A DNA stretch of 64,000 bases from Octopus sinensis (Eukaryota). The notes beneath the pieces are model-generated. The model was given only the letters and a program-made list of their open reading frames with translations, ran no database searches and was not told where the DNA came from. Shown here piece by piece: positions 1 through 11,502 of this stretch. Both the position numbers and the translations under genes were made by a program. The stretch spans positions 99,324,001 to 99,388,000 of the forward strand of contig NC_042999.1 in assembly GCF_006345805.1 (NCBI RefSeq). The letters run 5' to 3'. Numbering within the stretch: the stretch's first letter is position 1; each line of letters starts with the position of its first letter.

Positions 1-227
1 TTCTAACATATATTTTCTCGCTGTGTGTGTGTGTCTTTCTCTCCCTTTCTCCCCCTCTCTCTCCCTATTTCTCTCCCTTCTTTCTCTTTCTTTCTCTCTC
101 TCTCTCTCTTTCTCTGTCTCTCTCCACCCTACATAGAGGACAATAAAACATCCAGACAGATAGAAGATACAAAGGCGGATAGGAAAAATAACAATTAGAG
201 GGACAGGAAAAAAGGACGGGTCATTCG

Positions 228-295
228 TGGCCTTCTTTCGTCAGTCAAGTTACCAGATGACCTTACAGTTTCGGGCAGTTACACTTGAGACTCTT
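228..295 (-). ncRNA. Putative non-circularly permuted hammerhead ribozyme (diverged version B)
   Basis: Minus strand reads AGUC^UCAAGU-guaacugccc-GAAACU...ACUUGA-CUGACGA-aagaa-GGCCA. Stem I UCAAGU/ACUUGA, stem III AGU/ACU, stem II UGCCC/GGCCA with one mismatch. Aligns with the 10477-10567 motif. Confidence 0.55.
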
Positions 296-450
296 CGATC
301 TGGTTGCCGTTGAACTCAAACGCTGATTTCAAAAACGGAGACAGTGAAAACTACAAATAATATGGATAGCTTGTTAGCAATTTAACAATCCAAAGGCAAA
401 TTTTTCTTATAAGCTGACAATGTGAGTTGAGTTTAACCCTAGGCGCCGTA

Positions 451-514
451 ATAGCCTCCGATGAAAATTAAGATGCTCTGCACCAAAATTCGAACCCACC
501 GGTGATCTGGCTAT
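451..514 (+). ncRNA. Degenerate type I hammerhead-like motif (PLE type)
   Basis: ATAGCCT-CCGATGA...C-GAAC-C-CACCGGTG-ATC-TGGCTAT. Stem I ATAGCC/GGCTAT, palindromic helix III insert, GAAA changed to GAAC. Confidence 0.4.
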
Positions 515-654
515 GTTCGCTAAGGAGCGTGCTTCCCTTGTCAGTCAGTAAGATAGTGCTTCTGTGGCTATTGAGTTGTTTTGACTCTTATTTCTAGCAA
601 TGCTGGTACTACTCAGTACCTCCTGTCACTCTAATGACGTCTATAAATATTAAT

Positions 655-775
655 GTATGTATGTATGTATGTATGTATGTATGTATGTATGTATGTATGT
701 ATGCATGTATGCATGTATGTATGTATGTATGTATGTATGTATGTATGTATGTATGTATGTATGTATGTATGTATA
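655..775. repeat. (TATG)n microsatellite
   Basis: Direct reading. Confidence 0.97.
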
Positions 776-1178
776 GCAGGAGACAGTTCAGCAATGGAGT
801 GTAACCGTTTTGATCCAATGGTTTCTTACTCTGGCATTTCTCTGACGTGTTGCCAGGTACAGTGTTTAAGCAAAAAAAGTCAAAATAAAACGTCATCCTC
901 TATCGTTGGGGGAAATCTTCCGAGTAACAAGCTACTAGATCGACCTAAACAAGTGACATACTTTCTCTATATGTTCGTTATACATATATGTCTAGGTATA
1001 CAGATATACATTTTATTATCTTTTAAACAGTTTTAATTTAGCTGTAATCGTAGCAAAATTTTATAATAATAGCTAATACTGGTTACGTTCATCATTATCA
1101 TTCAACACAGGGAGGTCCTTGTTTGTTTTCCATTACCTTTCTATGCATGTGTCCTAAACTAAAATTTTCATATTAATT

Positions 1179-1743
1179 CATATACTTTCATAATACATTG
1201 TCAGTTTATTGTACTTCAATTTCCAAATTTTTTCACACTCTGCTGATCTGAATTTCCATCCTACTATTTTAAAAAGCGAGGATACATTTGACAATACAGT
1301 TCTTGAATACTTTGACATCGATCAATCTTGAAGTTTATTTAATCGAGCTCTCCTCTTTCTTTCCCTCATTCAGTTCTTCCTTCTTTTGTGCTATCTAGAT
1401 TCTACCCATTCCCAAGTTTTAACATTGTTGCTAACCTAAGAATTTTCGGTAATTCTACTTATTCTCTCGCTCTTACGTCACATTTTTGTTTTGTCTAGTC
1501 ACAACGCAAACGATGTCATAAGTATTTTATGTTTCTTGGTTAATCGAGCCGTGGGGTCTAGATTTTGAATATTAGAAAATAACGCATCATATTAGCGGAA
1601 ATTGCCTGAGATGTTTTGTGCACATGCTTTCTCGAGATTTGATGCACATATTATTCTAAAAGAAGCTTAAAGCTTCCATATGTCCACTATTAGACACATT
1701 CGGACTGAAGTGACAGTTGATATATCAACAAGCACTATATATA

Positions 1744-1789
<46 letters not shown>

Positions 1790-2304
1790 TATATATATAT
1801 GTATATAGTGCTTAAAGCTTCTTTTAGAATAATATGTGCATCAAATCTCGAGAAAGCATGTGCACAAAACATCTGAGGCAATTTCCGCTAATATGATGCG
1901 TTATTTTCTAATATTCAAAATCCAGACCTCACGGCTCGATTAACCAAGAAACATAAAATACTTATGACATCGTTTGCGTTGTGACTAGACAAAACAAAAA
2001 TGTGACGTAAGAGCGAGAGAATAAGTAGAATTACCGAAAATTCTTAGGTTAGCAACAATGTTAAAACTTGGGAATGGGTAGAATCTAGATAGCACAAAAG
2101 AAGGAAGAACTGAATGAGGGAAAGAAAGAGGAGAGCTCGATTAAATAAACTTCAAGATTGATCGATGTCAAAGTATTCAAGAACTGTATTGTCAAATGTA
2201 TCCTCGCTTTTTAAAATAGTAGGATGGAAATTCAGATCAGCAGAGTGTGAAAAAATTTGGAAATTGAAGTACAATAAACTGACAATGTATTATGAAAGTA
2301 TATG
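1179..2304. repeat. Long inverted duplication (~500-bp arms) centred on (TA)n
   Basis: 1179-1668 is the reverse complement of ~1813-2304, with 3 mismatches seen. The central (TA)n lies at ~1736-1806. Confidence 0.95.
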
Positions 2305-2510
2305 GAGAAAATGTATAGGGATTAACGGTTCATCATGTTGAACCGTTAATCCCTATACATTTTTCTCCATTTTTCCCCTCTTAATCCTGTCTGTCGAAGA
2401 GCGTAGGCTGGAAACGTCAAAGACTTTCCCATTCTTCCCAAGCGTTAAACTAATACACCTGCTTGATCTCTGATCTGTCTTCGTTTTTGTTTTCTGTAAA
2501 TTTGAATAGT
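2302..2510 (+). mobile_element. Non-autonomous PLE pseudo-LTR fragment with a 5' hairpin and a minimal hammerhead-like motif
   Basis: A ~30-bp hairpin at 2302-2370, then CTGTCGA-A-GAGC-gtag-GCTG-GAAA-CG-TC (2391-2418). Homologous to 48530-48680. Confidence 0.65.
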
Positions 2511-3204
2511 AAAGAAATCGTAAGGCATTATTTCTGTTAATTAGCCCATCGCTCCCTTACTCTCTCTCACTCCCTCTCTCTCTCTGTCTGTAGGTGTTTG
2601 CGCGTCTGTGTAGGTGTGTGTGTAGGTGTGTGTCTATAGATGTATGAGTTATATGTACACACACGTGCATGTATATAGGTTTTATCCACGATCATTGCGT
2701 CCCGTGCAACGTGAAACTATCGAATTTGGTAGATACCAAACATGTTTCTGTATTAGGAGTCATACTGATGAACTCTGACCTTTGCTATACACGCTTAGCT
2801 AACCCACATTCACCGCATTACATTGCTCAAGAACCACTCAAAACAAATTCAAAATAGAGACAAAATCTAAATACCCCGTAGTTCAGCCATTCTCTGTGTA
2901 TTTCATGAAACTATCCATAAGAAAGACGAAGTAAACCATCCGGAAAATGCAAACTATTTCGGAAATAAAGTAACAGCAGAATTCGAAGCAAATACTTTTG
3001 TTATGCGTCGACAGATTTCAACAAAATGTTTACAAAGTGAAATGGCTTCTTTTTTCTTCACGTGGAAAAAGTTTAATATTTCCGTTAGAACACTTCATCA
3101 GAGGATTTCGCTCGAAATGTTTTACTGCTCTTCTTCCTTACGACTGCACCTGAGTAGTTCTAATGCACCCGAGCACGGTATGTACCAGAGCACTGTATAT
3201 AAGC

Positions 3205-4566
3205 TCATTATTTTTATTATATGTTATACTTTTGCTTTGTATTTGTACAAGTTGACTCCAAGTCTCACCCAGAGACCTCAAGAGACAAGTTGGAAGTTCA
3301 AGTTGATATTATGACTAGGGTGCCATATATTTGGTTTTGCACAAAGTATTGTTCAAGAGAATGTTTAAGAAAACGTAAGAAACTTATAAGTTTGCTTTAA
3401 AATTTGGGATGACATAGACAGTATTTTACGTATGATATGGGCAGTTCCCATGAGCACTATTTTTTGAATTTCTTCCCGTTTTGGATTTCCTGATATCTGA
3501 GCTAGGTAGCAATCAGCCCCTTTGCTATCATTCCTAGGGCACCTATGACAACAGGTAATGTTTTAGTCTTGAGGTTCTATATTTTGCCAATTTCTATTTC
3601 AAGATCTTTATACTTGCTCAGATTTTGATCTTGACAGATACACTTAAGTTGAGTGGGACAGTCATATTGATGAAGAGGCAAACTTTTTGTCTGACGACCT
3701 TCAATATAATATTTAGCCTATTTGCATCTATTTTTCTGCCAGTTTGAACAATGGAGTTCCAGACGAGTGAGATGTGATCAGAGGTAGTTTGTGTGTTTGT
3801 ACCAGTTTTTATCATGGTGCAAGTCCAAGTCTTTGCAAATTACCCAGTGCTAGTCTATCCTGCCTGTTGAGATACTCTGTAGGCGCAAGAAAACTGCATA
3901 TGGAGACAACATGATCGATGGTCTCATTTTGTTGTTTACATACACATGTTGGGCTACTGCCGTTCTTTAATATGTTGACCTAGTAGCTCCTTGTAGGTAG
4001 GCGTTGATCTTGGGCTGCTATCATAAACCCGTCTATCGCTGATTTTAAACCAGAAGACACTAACCATTCAGGGATAAGGGCTTTGTCAACAACATTATTA
4101 GCTCTCTTTGGGTATTTGCCATTGAGAGGCAATCTTCATTGTTATTTCCAGTTGTAAAAGTCCACGACCACCCTCTTTTCTTGGTAGGTAAAGTCGTTCT
4201 ATATCTGCCATAGGGTGGTGCATTCGAGGCATTATCAACAATTTTCGTATTTTTCTGTCAAGATAACATATTTCAGTAATTGATCAGTTAATGATACTGA
4301 AACAGTAAGTTACGACTGGTATGGCTAAAGTATTGATCGCTTCGATCTTGTTTCTTGCATTCAGCTCTGTCTTGAGTACTGCCTTTACCCTGTGATAACT
4401 TTCTCTTCTGATCCTTTCTTTCCCTCATCACTGAATTTTTGATTCCGTCCCCTTCAAATACCCCTAGGTATTTGTAGCTCTCCGCTGGTTCTAATTCCTT
4501 TATGATGTTCTGCTGGGGAAGATTAATATTGGGTGTTTCTGTCCTTCTTCCTTTGATAAAGGTAGC
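3205..4566 (-). mobile_element. 5'-truncated R4/Dong-clade non-LTR retrotransposon (Zn knuckle plus restriction-like endonuclease), decayed
   Basis: Minus-strand translation gives ETIDHVVSICSFLAPTEY, IDANRLNII..LFINMTVP and KYKDLEIEI..LPVVIGALG. The 5' end abuts (TTA)n. Confidence 0.88.
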
Positions 4567-4626
<60 letters not shown>

Positions 4627-4655
4627 CATTATTATTATTATCATTATTATTGTTA

Positions 4656-4710
<55 letters not shown>

Positions 4711-4730
4711 CATTATTATTATTATCATTC
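4567..4730. repeat. (TTA)n microsatellite
   Basis: Direct reading. Confidence 0.97.
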
Positions 4731-4732
4731 AG

Positions 4733-4945
4733 TAGTTTTATTTTTATAGCGTGCTTTCACTTCACTACCGAGCGCAGCTCTGTGTGCCTTAGGTATGTGC
4801 TGTGATTTGTTGTGATGCTCTGATGTTTATTGTGTGGAAAGGGTTCTGCGTAGGATGTGTGCAGTGCCTAGTAGAGCAATTTTCTATATGTTATATGTGT
4901 TTGTAAGTCCTGGTGTTTTTGTTATGTATTTGTCTGAATATTTTT
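4733..4945 (-). mobile_element. 3' end of a second R4/Dong-type LINE family
   Basis: Minus strand encodes YITKTPGLTNTYNI*KIALLGTAHILRRTLS. Flanked on both sides by (TTA)n. Confidence 0.8.
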
Positions 4946-5005
4946 ATCATTATTATTATTATTATTATTATTGATGTTATGCTTTGGTTTTGTTATAACT
5001 TATAG

Positions 5006-5125
5006 GAGTTGCGCCCGAGTCGCCAAAACTCAACGAAGTTTTGCATCTGAAGATGCTAGCAAGTCAGGTGCCATGCAATTGAAAACACTGATGTCTGTGA
5101 GAGAGAACAAAAAACTCCACACAGG
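5006..5125 (+). other. Candidate exon (120 nt)
   Basis: Acceptor ...aacttatAG and donor GG|GTGAGT. One open frame: SCARVAKTQRSFASEDASKSGAMQLKTLMSVRENKKLHT. Confidence 0.4.
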
Positions 5126-5519
5126 GTGAGTAAGTCTGCATTTACATTTTAATTAATTTACATAAAACGTTATGCCATATCATACAAAGTGGCTGAGGTT
5201 AACCATCAACTTGACGCCTAATGGCAGTTTATTGGTTACGTTGTCGAACCATATGAAAGGAAAACCTACTCAAGGCTGCAATGGATAGTAATTAATTTTG
5301 TTTCTCATTGTTTAATGCTTCTGAAAAATATCGAAAAGTCAGATAAGATTTATTCATTAATGAACCGAAGAATTATTATTTATTGCATGTTTTTTTTTTT
5401 TATGTGTCTCGCCGTTGTGACAAAAAATTAGCAGCAAAGTAAAATGTGCGGTGGAATGACACAATCACAGATAAACATAATGTTAACACTCGTCATTAAC
5501 GGCATCAATTTCTTCCTAG

Positions 5520-5629
5520 GTCAGCATGACAAAATTATGACTGTAGAGCTGTTATGAAAAACCATCAATTGTATAGAAGTGTTGATTGTGGAGCAAGACA
5601 AAGAAGTATAGAAGGACTCATTCGTATAG
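5520..5629 (+). other. Candidate exon (110 nt)
   Basis: Acceptor tttcttcctAG and donor AG|GTAAGT. A further strong acceptor (T-tract then CAG) lies at 5746. Confidence 0.4.
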
Positions 5630-5807
5630 GTAAGTGTAACACGTGAGACAACTAAAACAAAAGATTCCTTGGGAAATATTCTAGCGCCATATTCTGCAAA
5701 ATCGCACGTGGAATATATTAATAAACTTGGTTTACTTTTTTTTCAGGAACAGCTGATACATGCAACAATGATGCAACAAAGTGTTTCCTAGTATTTCTGA
5801 AATAGTT

Positions 5808-6000
5808 AAGGTGTCGAACTGGAAGAGTCGTTAGCACACTAAGAAAATGTTTATCGGCATTTCGTCCGTCTTCACGTTCTGAGTTCAAATTCCGCCGAGA
5901 TCGACTTTGCTATTCATCCTTCGAAGCCGATAAAATCAGTTGAATCGACTTATTCTCTACCCCGAAATTGCTGGTCTTGTGTCAAAAGTTGAAACCAATA
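5808..6000 (+). mobile_element. tRNA-derived SINE (family 1, Nin/Deu-like central domain)
   Basis: B-box-like GAGTTCAAATTCC and the gactttgc..ttcatcctt core shared with many copies in the window. Confidence 0.8.
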
Positions 6001-6019
6001 TTTCTGAGGTTTTATAATT

Positions 6020-6210
6020 TTGAGTAAGATGTGGAATACATGTTGCTTGACTTTTGCTGCGATAACAATGAATCATCAGACAAACTTAAAAAATCAGCTC
6101 TAATTAAACTATAAATGTCATGCCTATCCGAATAAAGTGGTATAAGTATACGCTGCTGATAATGCAAGCCTAAACTATGGAAAACAACAGTGTTTATTTG
6201 AAACTGGAAA
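6020..6210 (+). mobile_element. Possible hAT transposase remnant
   Basis: YAADNASLNYG..NNSVYLKL resembles the hAT DNA..N.G region. Frameshifted. Confidence 0.35.
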
Positions 6211-6219
6211 TGGCTCTAG

Positions 6220-8395
6220 AAATCATTATTCCTCCATTCTCCAAAAATATAGACAGCACTCCTTTATCTAAAAACATAGATAGCACTATTCCTAGATACC
6301 CTAAAAAAGCGGTGGATGCTCTATTCTGTGGTACACACACCCATTCTCACTTAACGTTAAGAACTTAGCTAAATCCTTCTTTAAAATACTAGACTCTAAC
6401 TTCCCTCGGCAACATAAATATCATTCTATCTTTAATAGATCCACCCAGAAACTATCCTATTCTGTCCCACCCGACTTCGAATCTATTGTAGTAGCCTCTA
6501 ATAAGCAAAAGCTTTCCCTTTATTATCAAAACTCACATAATTACAACTCTAGTCATCGAACGCTCAACACACACATAGCTCCAGCACAGATACCATTACA
6601 TTAGACCACAACCACAACCCAACCCATCCTACTGACACTGCTCGGAACACCACCACAATCTCTACCACTTTTACATATAGTACAATTAATAGCAACAATA
6701 GTAATAATAACAATGATCATAATGATAACGTTAATAATACTAATAAGCTAAACTTTTTTACCCCTTTCTCTAACCTTTCCTCTGAGAATATTACCTCCTC
6801 CATTCCTGAACACAATCCCAAAATTCACATGATTGTAACTACCGTCCTGGAACCATCAGCCCCTTACAAACCCATTGCAGAAGATATAATGTAATTTGCA
6901 AATGCACTGTCCTTAATCTATTACACGACTTTACAGCCATATACATAGGGTACACCAAAAATTTTAAGCAATGGTATGCCGTTCACCTCCATTCTTTTAG
7001 ATACGACAAACATAGTAAATCTACAACACTTGCCAACCACATACATCATCTCGAAAATACAAATATCCCCTATACTTTATCATGGTCCATACTGGATTGA
7101 GGATTTCCCTACCGAGTTCAACGCTCAACCTGTAAGCTTTGCCTGAAGGAGGCGCTTCACACATTAGAGTACAACTCTCCAACACTGCTAGATAAACATA
7201 AGACACTAAGCACATGCAACCCCCGGTTTTTTTCACACATTCATATTCTACCACAAATCCAAATGCCTAAACGACCATACAGTATATTTCCACAATACTC
7301 CCAATAACCTTTTAAATCTACATTTTAACTCCTAATCCCTAATTCCTCTTTCATACTTGCACATCACAATAATTTAATTGTATTTGTATATATATATGTA
7401 CGTGTGTGTGTATGTATGTGTGCGTGTATGTGTGTGTATGTATATATGTAAGGTACCTGCGTGCGCAGGGGTGATAATACATACGGATACACGTATATAT
7501 GAGTGTGCATTTATACATATACATATGAGTACGTGTTGTATGTGTAGGTGTTTATGTGTGTAAATATCTATATACATATTTAATATATGCATGTGTATAC
7601 ATCTTCACATATATACATTCTACTACTAAGCACTGACCTGTCCTCTAAGCAATTTAACCTATATTCCCAAATTCTTCATTCCACCATTTTACTACTCCTA
7701 CCCCTCACTTAGGCTCTATCACTACATACCTGTCACTATTCTTTACCCTCCATATCTTTACACTCGCACATTTTTCTATCTCTATCACTCTCACCCTCAT
7801 TCCTTCTACCTGACACTCCTTTACTCTTTACCCCCTCATCTCTTTACACTCCCATATCTTTCTCTCTCTATCACCCTCACCTCCCCATTCCTTCAATCAA
7901 TTTATCCTGACCGACCACTAACCAATACACTTTCCCTTTCTTCATTTCTTTATCTCCCTCCCCGCTTTCTTTTTCCTTTTCCCTTTATTCTTATCTTTTT
8001 TCTTCTCTTCCTGTTTTTGATTTGACCTTACAAACACATTCCCAACTTTTAAGTCACTTCAAAAAACCCTCGATTCAATAACGCCGTTTACAAACTATGC
8101 TTGGAATGACCAATTTTAAATACTATTGGAACTTCCACACAAGGTACAGAAATCTTATATGTATACCATTCTGCATAAATAATGGAACTGCAGATAAAAT
8201 ATCCCTGCATATCTCACGTCTATTTTCATTCCTACACTTCACTCTCTATTTCGTATCCTATCTAGAATAACTATTCCTTAACCATTTTCTCACACTGTCT
8301 CCAATGAAGGGATATATAAAATATTCCGGAAACAGATGTAAGACCTCTTTATAAATGTTCTGAAATCTTTCACATCCTTGTATTTTTATCTCATT
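6220..8395 (+). mobile_element. Penelope-like element 3' half (thumb/linker, GIY-YIG endonuclease, 3' pLTR), decayed
   Basis: FSLNVK..FP..HKYHSIFNRS..LSYS, YIGYTK, STTLANHIHHL..WSIL and CKLCLKE motifs. Hammerhead-like motif downstream at 8297-8344. Confidence 0.85.
8297..8344 (+). ncRNA. Type I hammerhead-like motif (degenerate core)
   Basis: GTCT-CCAATGA-A-GGGATAT..ATATTCC-G-GAAA-CAGATG-TA-AGAC. Stem I GTCT/AGAC, near-palindromic helix III. Confidence 0.55.
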
Positions 8396-8403
8396 GTGTT
8401 AAT

Positions 8404-8475
<72 letters not shown>

Positions 8476-10485
8476 TATCGTGAACCTATGGTCATGTAAT
8501 GTCCTGCAGCTTGCAAATCTGGAAATGGACACCGACGCTGTAATATCTTTGATCAAAGTTGTTTTGAATCTATAATGATTTAGGACTAAACAACAAAAAC
8601 AGCAGTAATAAGCCATAATCACTTCTGTCATTGTAAACTAATGTATTGACGACAATGTTGGCGACCTACGTGAAATTTCTAGGTGAATATATTTCTTTCG
8701 AATTACATTATCAATATCTTTAGACAAAATATAATCGCCCCAATTTCTCAATTCCGTTTCTTCACTGATACATAAAGCCTGGGTGCTTAGAAAAAAATCA
8801 ATATATTTTAGCATAATTTCTGAAATTTTCACTGCTCAAGAAACGAGTACAAACCACGTTTCAGATTGTGCCATAATGTTCAAAAGTAATGCAGACAACT
8901 GAAGGAATCTATATGCGGTCGTTCAATCTACAAGAAATAGCAGCCAAATATCTACCTCAAATCACACCATACCACCTTAAAGAAAAAAATCGATCTTTAA
9001 ATAATGTAGTCTTTGAAAGTAATAGGGGATGATGAAGGCTGCTAAACGAATTAACAACAGTAACTATAATTACTACTTCATTGGAGGAATTTTGTCCCCT
9101 GTGACATTTCTAATGGAAAGCCGATGGCACCATGCAGGCGTCACTGCAGTCAGCTCTGCATCTAGTTGAATAGCCAGTACTTTATAACAAACAATTGCTA
9201 CATCTATAACGGAATTAAACTTTAAAATAAGCGTGTTTGAAAGTTTTTCAAAATAATACAAAAGCTTCTGGAATTGTTCATCTTGTTTCGTATTATTTTT
9301 TATAATTGTTAAATGTCAGCATTAGAACTGACTGTGCTTTGGATGATATTTTGATTCCAAAGAAAACGAGGAAAAGCAACTACTAATAACAATACCAACC
9401 GGCAATAACATATTTTTATTTCAAAATAAGGGGAAAGCTTGAGATATTAACATTTTCTATTGCTTTCATGGCAAATAATGAGAAAACAAATACGCGGATC
9501 AATTGTAAACACTAACTTCTAGCTATTTGCCAGTAGTGGTGAGTAAGACAAACATACGGAAATGGATAGAGATTTTAAACAATCACCTCATAAATTATGA
9601 GTTCAAATATTTGGAAAACATCTTATGAGCAGTATGTAGAATTCATCCCGTCTCATTTCAGCTTGCAGTCACATATGATAGACTTACGCATTATCCACAC
9701 AGAGAGATTTATCTCTTACACGCTTATGAAAAGTTAAGTTCCAGTATTTATGAATCTCTTGGAGTGCTAGCAAGGCCGGCTCAAGGTACCGGCAACTCGG
9801 GCAGTCATATATGTATGTATATATATATATATATTACTGTTTACCTATATAATCGGCGGCTACGTATCCACAATTGTCCTTATACGATAAGTATATTTTT
9901 TCTCTAGCATTGATGATACGACTCTATCTGTCTCTTTTTCTCTCTCTCTCCTCCCTTATTCCCCTTCCTTTCTTTCCCTCTCCATCCGTCTCCCCCCCCC
10001 CTCTACGTTTCTCTATCTCTCTCACCTCCAGCCCCTTCGATCTGTCTCTTTCTTCTCCTCCCTCGTCCACCTTCTCTCTCTTTTCATCTGTCCCTTTCTC
10101 CTGTCTTTTGTTCTCACGTGATCGCTAGCCGCTGTTGAGCGCTCTTTTCGTTTTCAGCAGCCGCAGAAGCAACACGTATTTGTTCGTCTCCCCGTGGCCA
10201 TTAGGCACAACTTCACAAGCCAGCCCCATACTCAACTCGTCCTGTCGAAAGACCCTTGTCCTACGTCCTGGTTTTGTTTGTTGTTTATTTTTTATTTTTA
10301 TTTTTATTTTTATTTTTACCGTTATTGTTTTTACGTTTTTGTATTCTTATTGGTGTCACGTATTCTGTATTTTTGTTTATGTACTTCGTTCGTTTTCCGT
10401 CCTCGCGTTGTATACATTCGAAGCTTTCTTCCAGGGGATCTAATGCGCTTGGCTTAGATTTCCCTTGGCGGGCTGGCCATATCGG

Positions 10486-10552
10486 AGCAATCTCAAGATT
10501 AATCAGCCGAAATTGCTAAGATGATCTGGTTCTTGACTGATGACTGAGGGCT
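10486..10552 (+). ncRNA. Putative non-circularly permuted hammerhead ribozyme (version A)
   Basis: AGCAAUC^UCAAGA-uuaauc-AGCC-GAAAUUGCU...UCUUGA-CUGAUGA-cugag-GGCU. 6-bp stem III, 6-bp stem I, 4-bp stem II. Predicted cleavage after 10492. Confidence 0.65.
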
Positions 10553-11270
10553 TCGAATGTCCCGTCCTGTGGTTCTTGTGTCGTCTCTGTGGTGTTTCAT
10601 GTTCTTGTCCATGTCTGTAATTATTTTTACTGTTTACCTATATAATCGGCGGCTACGTATCCACAATTGTCCTTATACGATAAGTATATTTTTTCTCTAG
10701 CATTGATACGACTCTTAATCTGTCTCTTTTTCTATCTCTCTCCTCCCTTATTCCCCTTCCTTTCTTTCCTCTCCATCCGTCTCCCCCCCCCTTCTACGTT
10801 TCTCTATCTCTCTCACCTCCAGCCCCTTCGATCTGTCTCTTTCTTCTCCTCCCTCGTCCACCTTCTCTCTCTTTTCATCTGTCCCTTTCTCCTGTCTTTT
10901 GTTCTCACGTGATCGCTAGCCGCTGTTGAGCGCTCCTTTCGTTTTCAGCAGCCGCAGAAGCAACACGTATTTGTTCGTCTCCCCGTGGCCATTAGGCACA
11001 ACTTCACAAGCCAGCCCCATACTCAACTCGTCCTGTCGAAAGACCCTTGTCCTACGTCCTGGTTTTGTTTGTTGTTTATTTTTTATTTTTATTTTTATTT
11101 TCATTTTTACCGTTATTGTTTTTACGTTTTTGTATTCTTATTGGTGTCACGTATTCTGTATTTTTGTTTATGTACTTCGTTCGTTTTCCGTCCTCGCGTT
11201 GTATACATTCGAAGCTTTCTTCCAGGGGATCTAATGCGCTTGGCTTAGATTTCCCTTGGCGGGCTGGCCA

Positions 11271-11335
11271 TAATCTCAAGATTAATCAGCCGAAATTGCT
11301 AAGATGATCTGGTTCTTGACTGATGACTGAGGGCT
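11271..11335 (+). ncRNA. Second tandem copy of the permuted hammerhead with an 8-nt deletion in stem III
   Basis: ccata-atc replaces ccatatcggagcaatc. The rest of the motif is identical. Confidence 0.45.
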
Positions 11336-11420
11336 TCGAATGTCCCGTCCTGTGGTTCTTGTGTCGTCTCTGTGGTGTTCATGTTCTTGTCCATGTCTGT
11401 AATTATTTTTACTGTTTACC

Positions 11421-11442
11421 TATATATATATATATATATAAT

Positions 11443-11502
<60 letters not shown>

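Larger units (their letters stand above)
9835..11426 (+). mobile_element. Head-to-tail dimer (793 + 782 bp) of a non-coding ribozyme-bearing repeat inserted in (TA)n
   Basis: Units start at 9835 and 10628 (tactgtttacctatata), and a third start at 11410 runs into (TA)n. The units are near-identical. Confidence 0.85.

Noticed and set aside
780-856. Possible exon after (TATG)n
   Set aside because: No polypyrimidine tract, a weak donor and no compatible downstream frame.
3005-3125. Minus-strand CTGATGA with nearby GAAA motifs
   Set aside because: I could not find consistent stems I-III.
10531-10570. Reading CUGAUGA..GAAU..GUC as an ordinary type I hammerhead
   Set aside because: GAAU instead of GAAA, and no stem I or stem III pairing in that register. 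The permuted reading pairs fully.
9874-11307. Duplicated hydrophobic ORFs
   Set aside because: They derive from CT- and T-rich tracts of the tandem non-coding unit, are open in several frames and show no domain signal.
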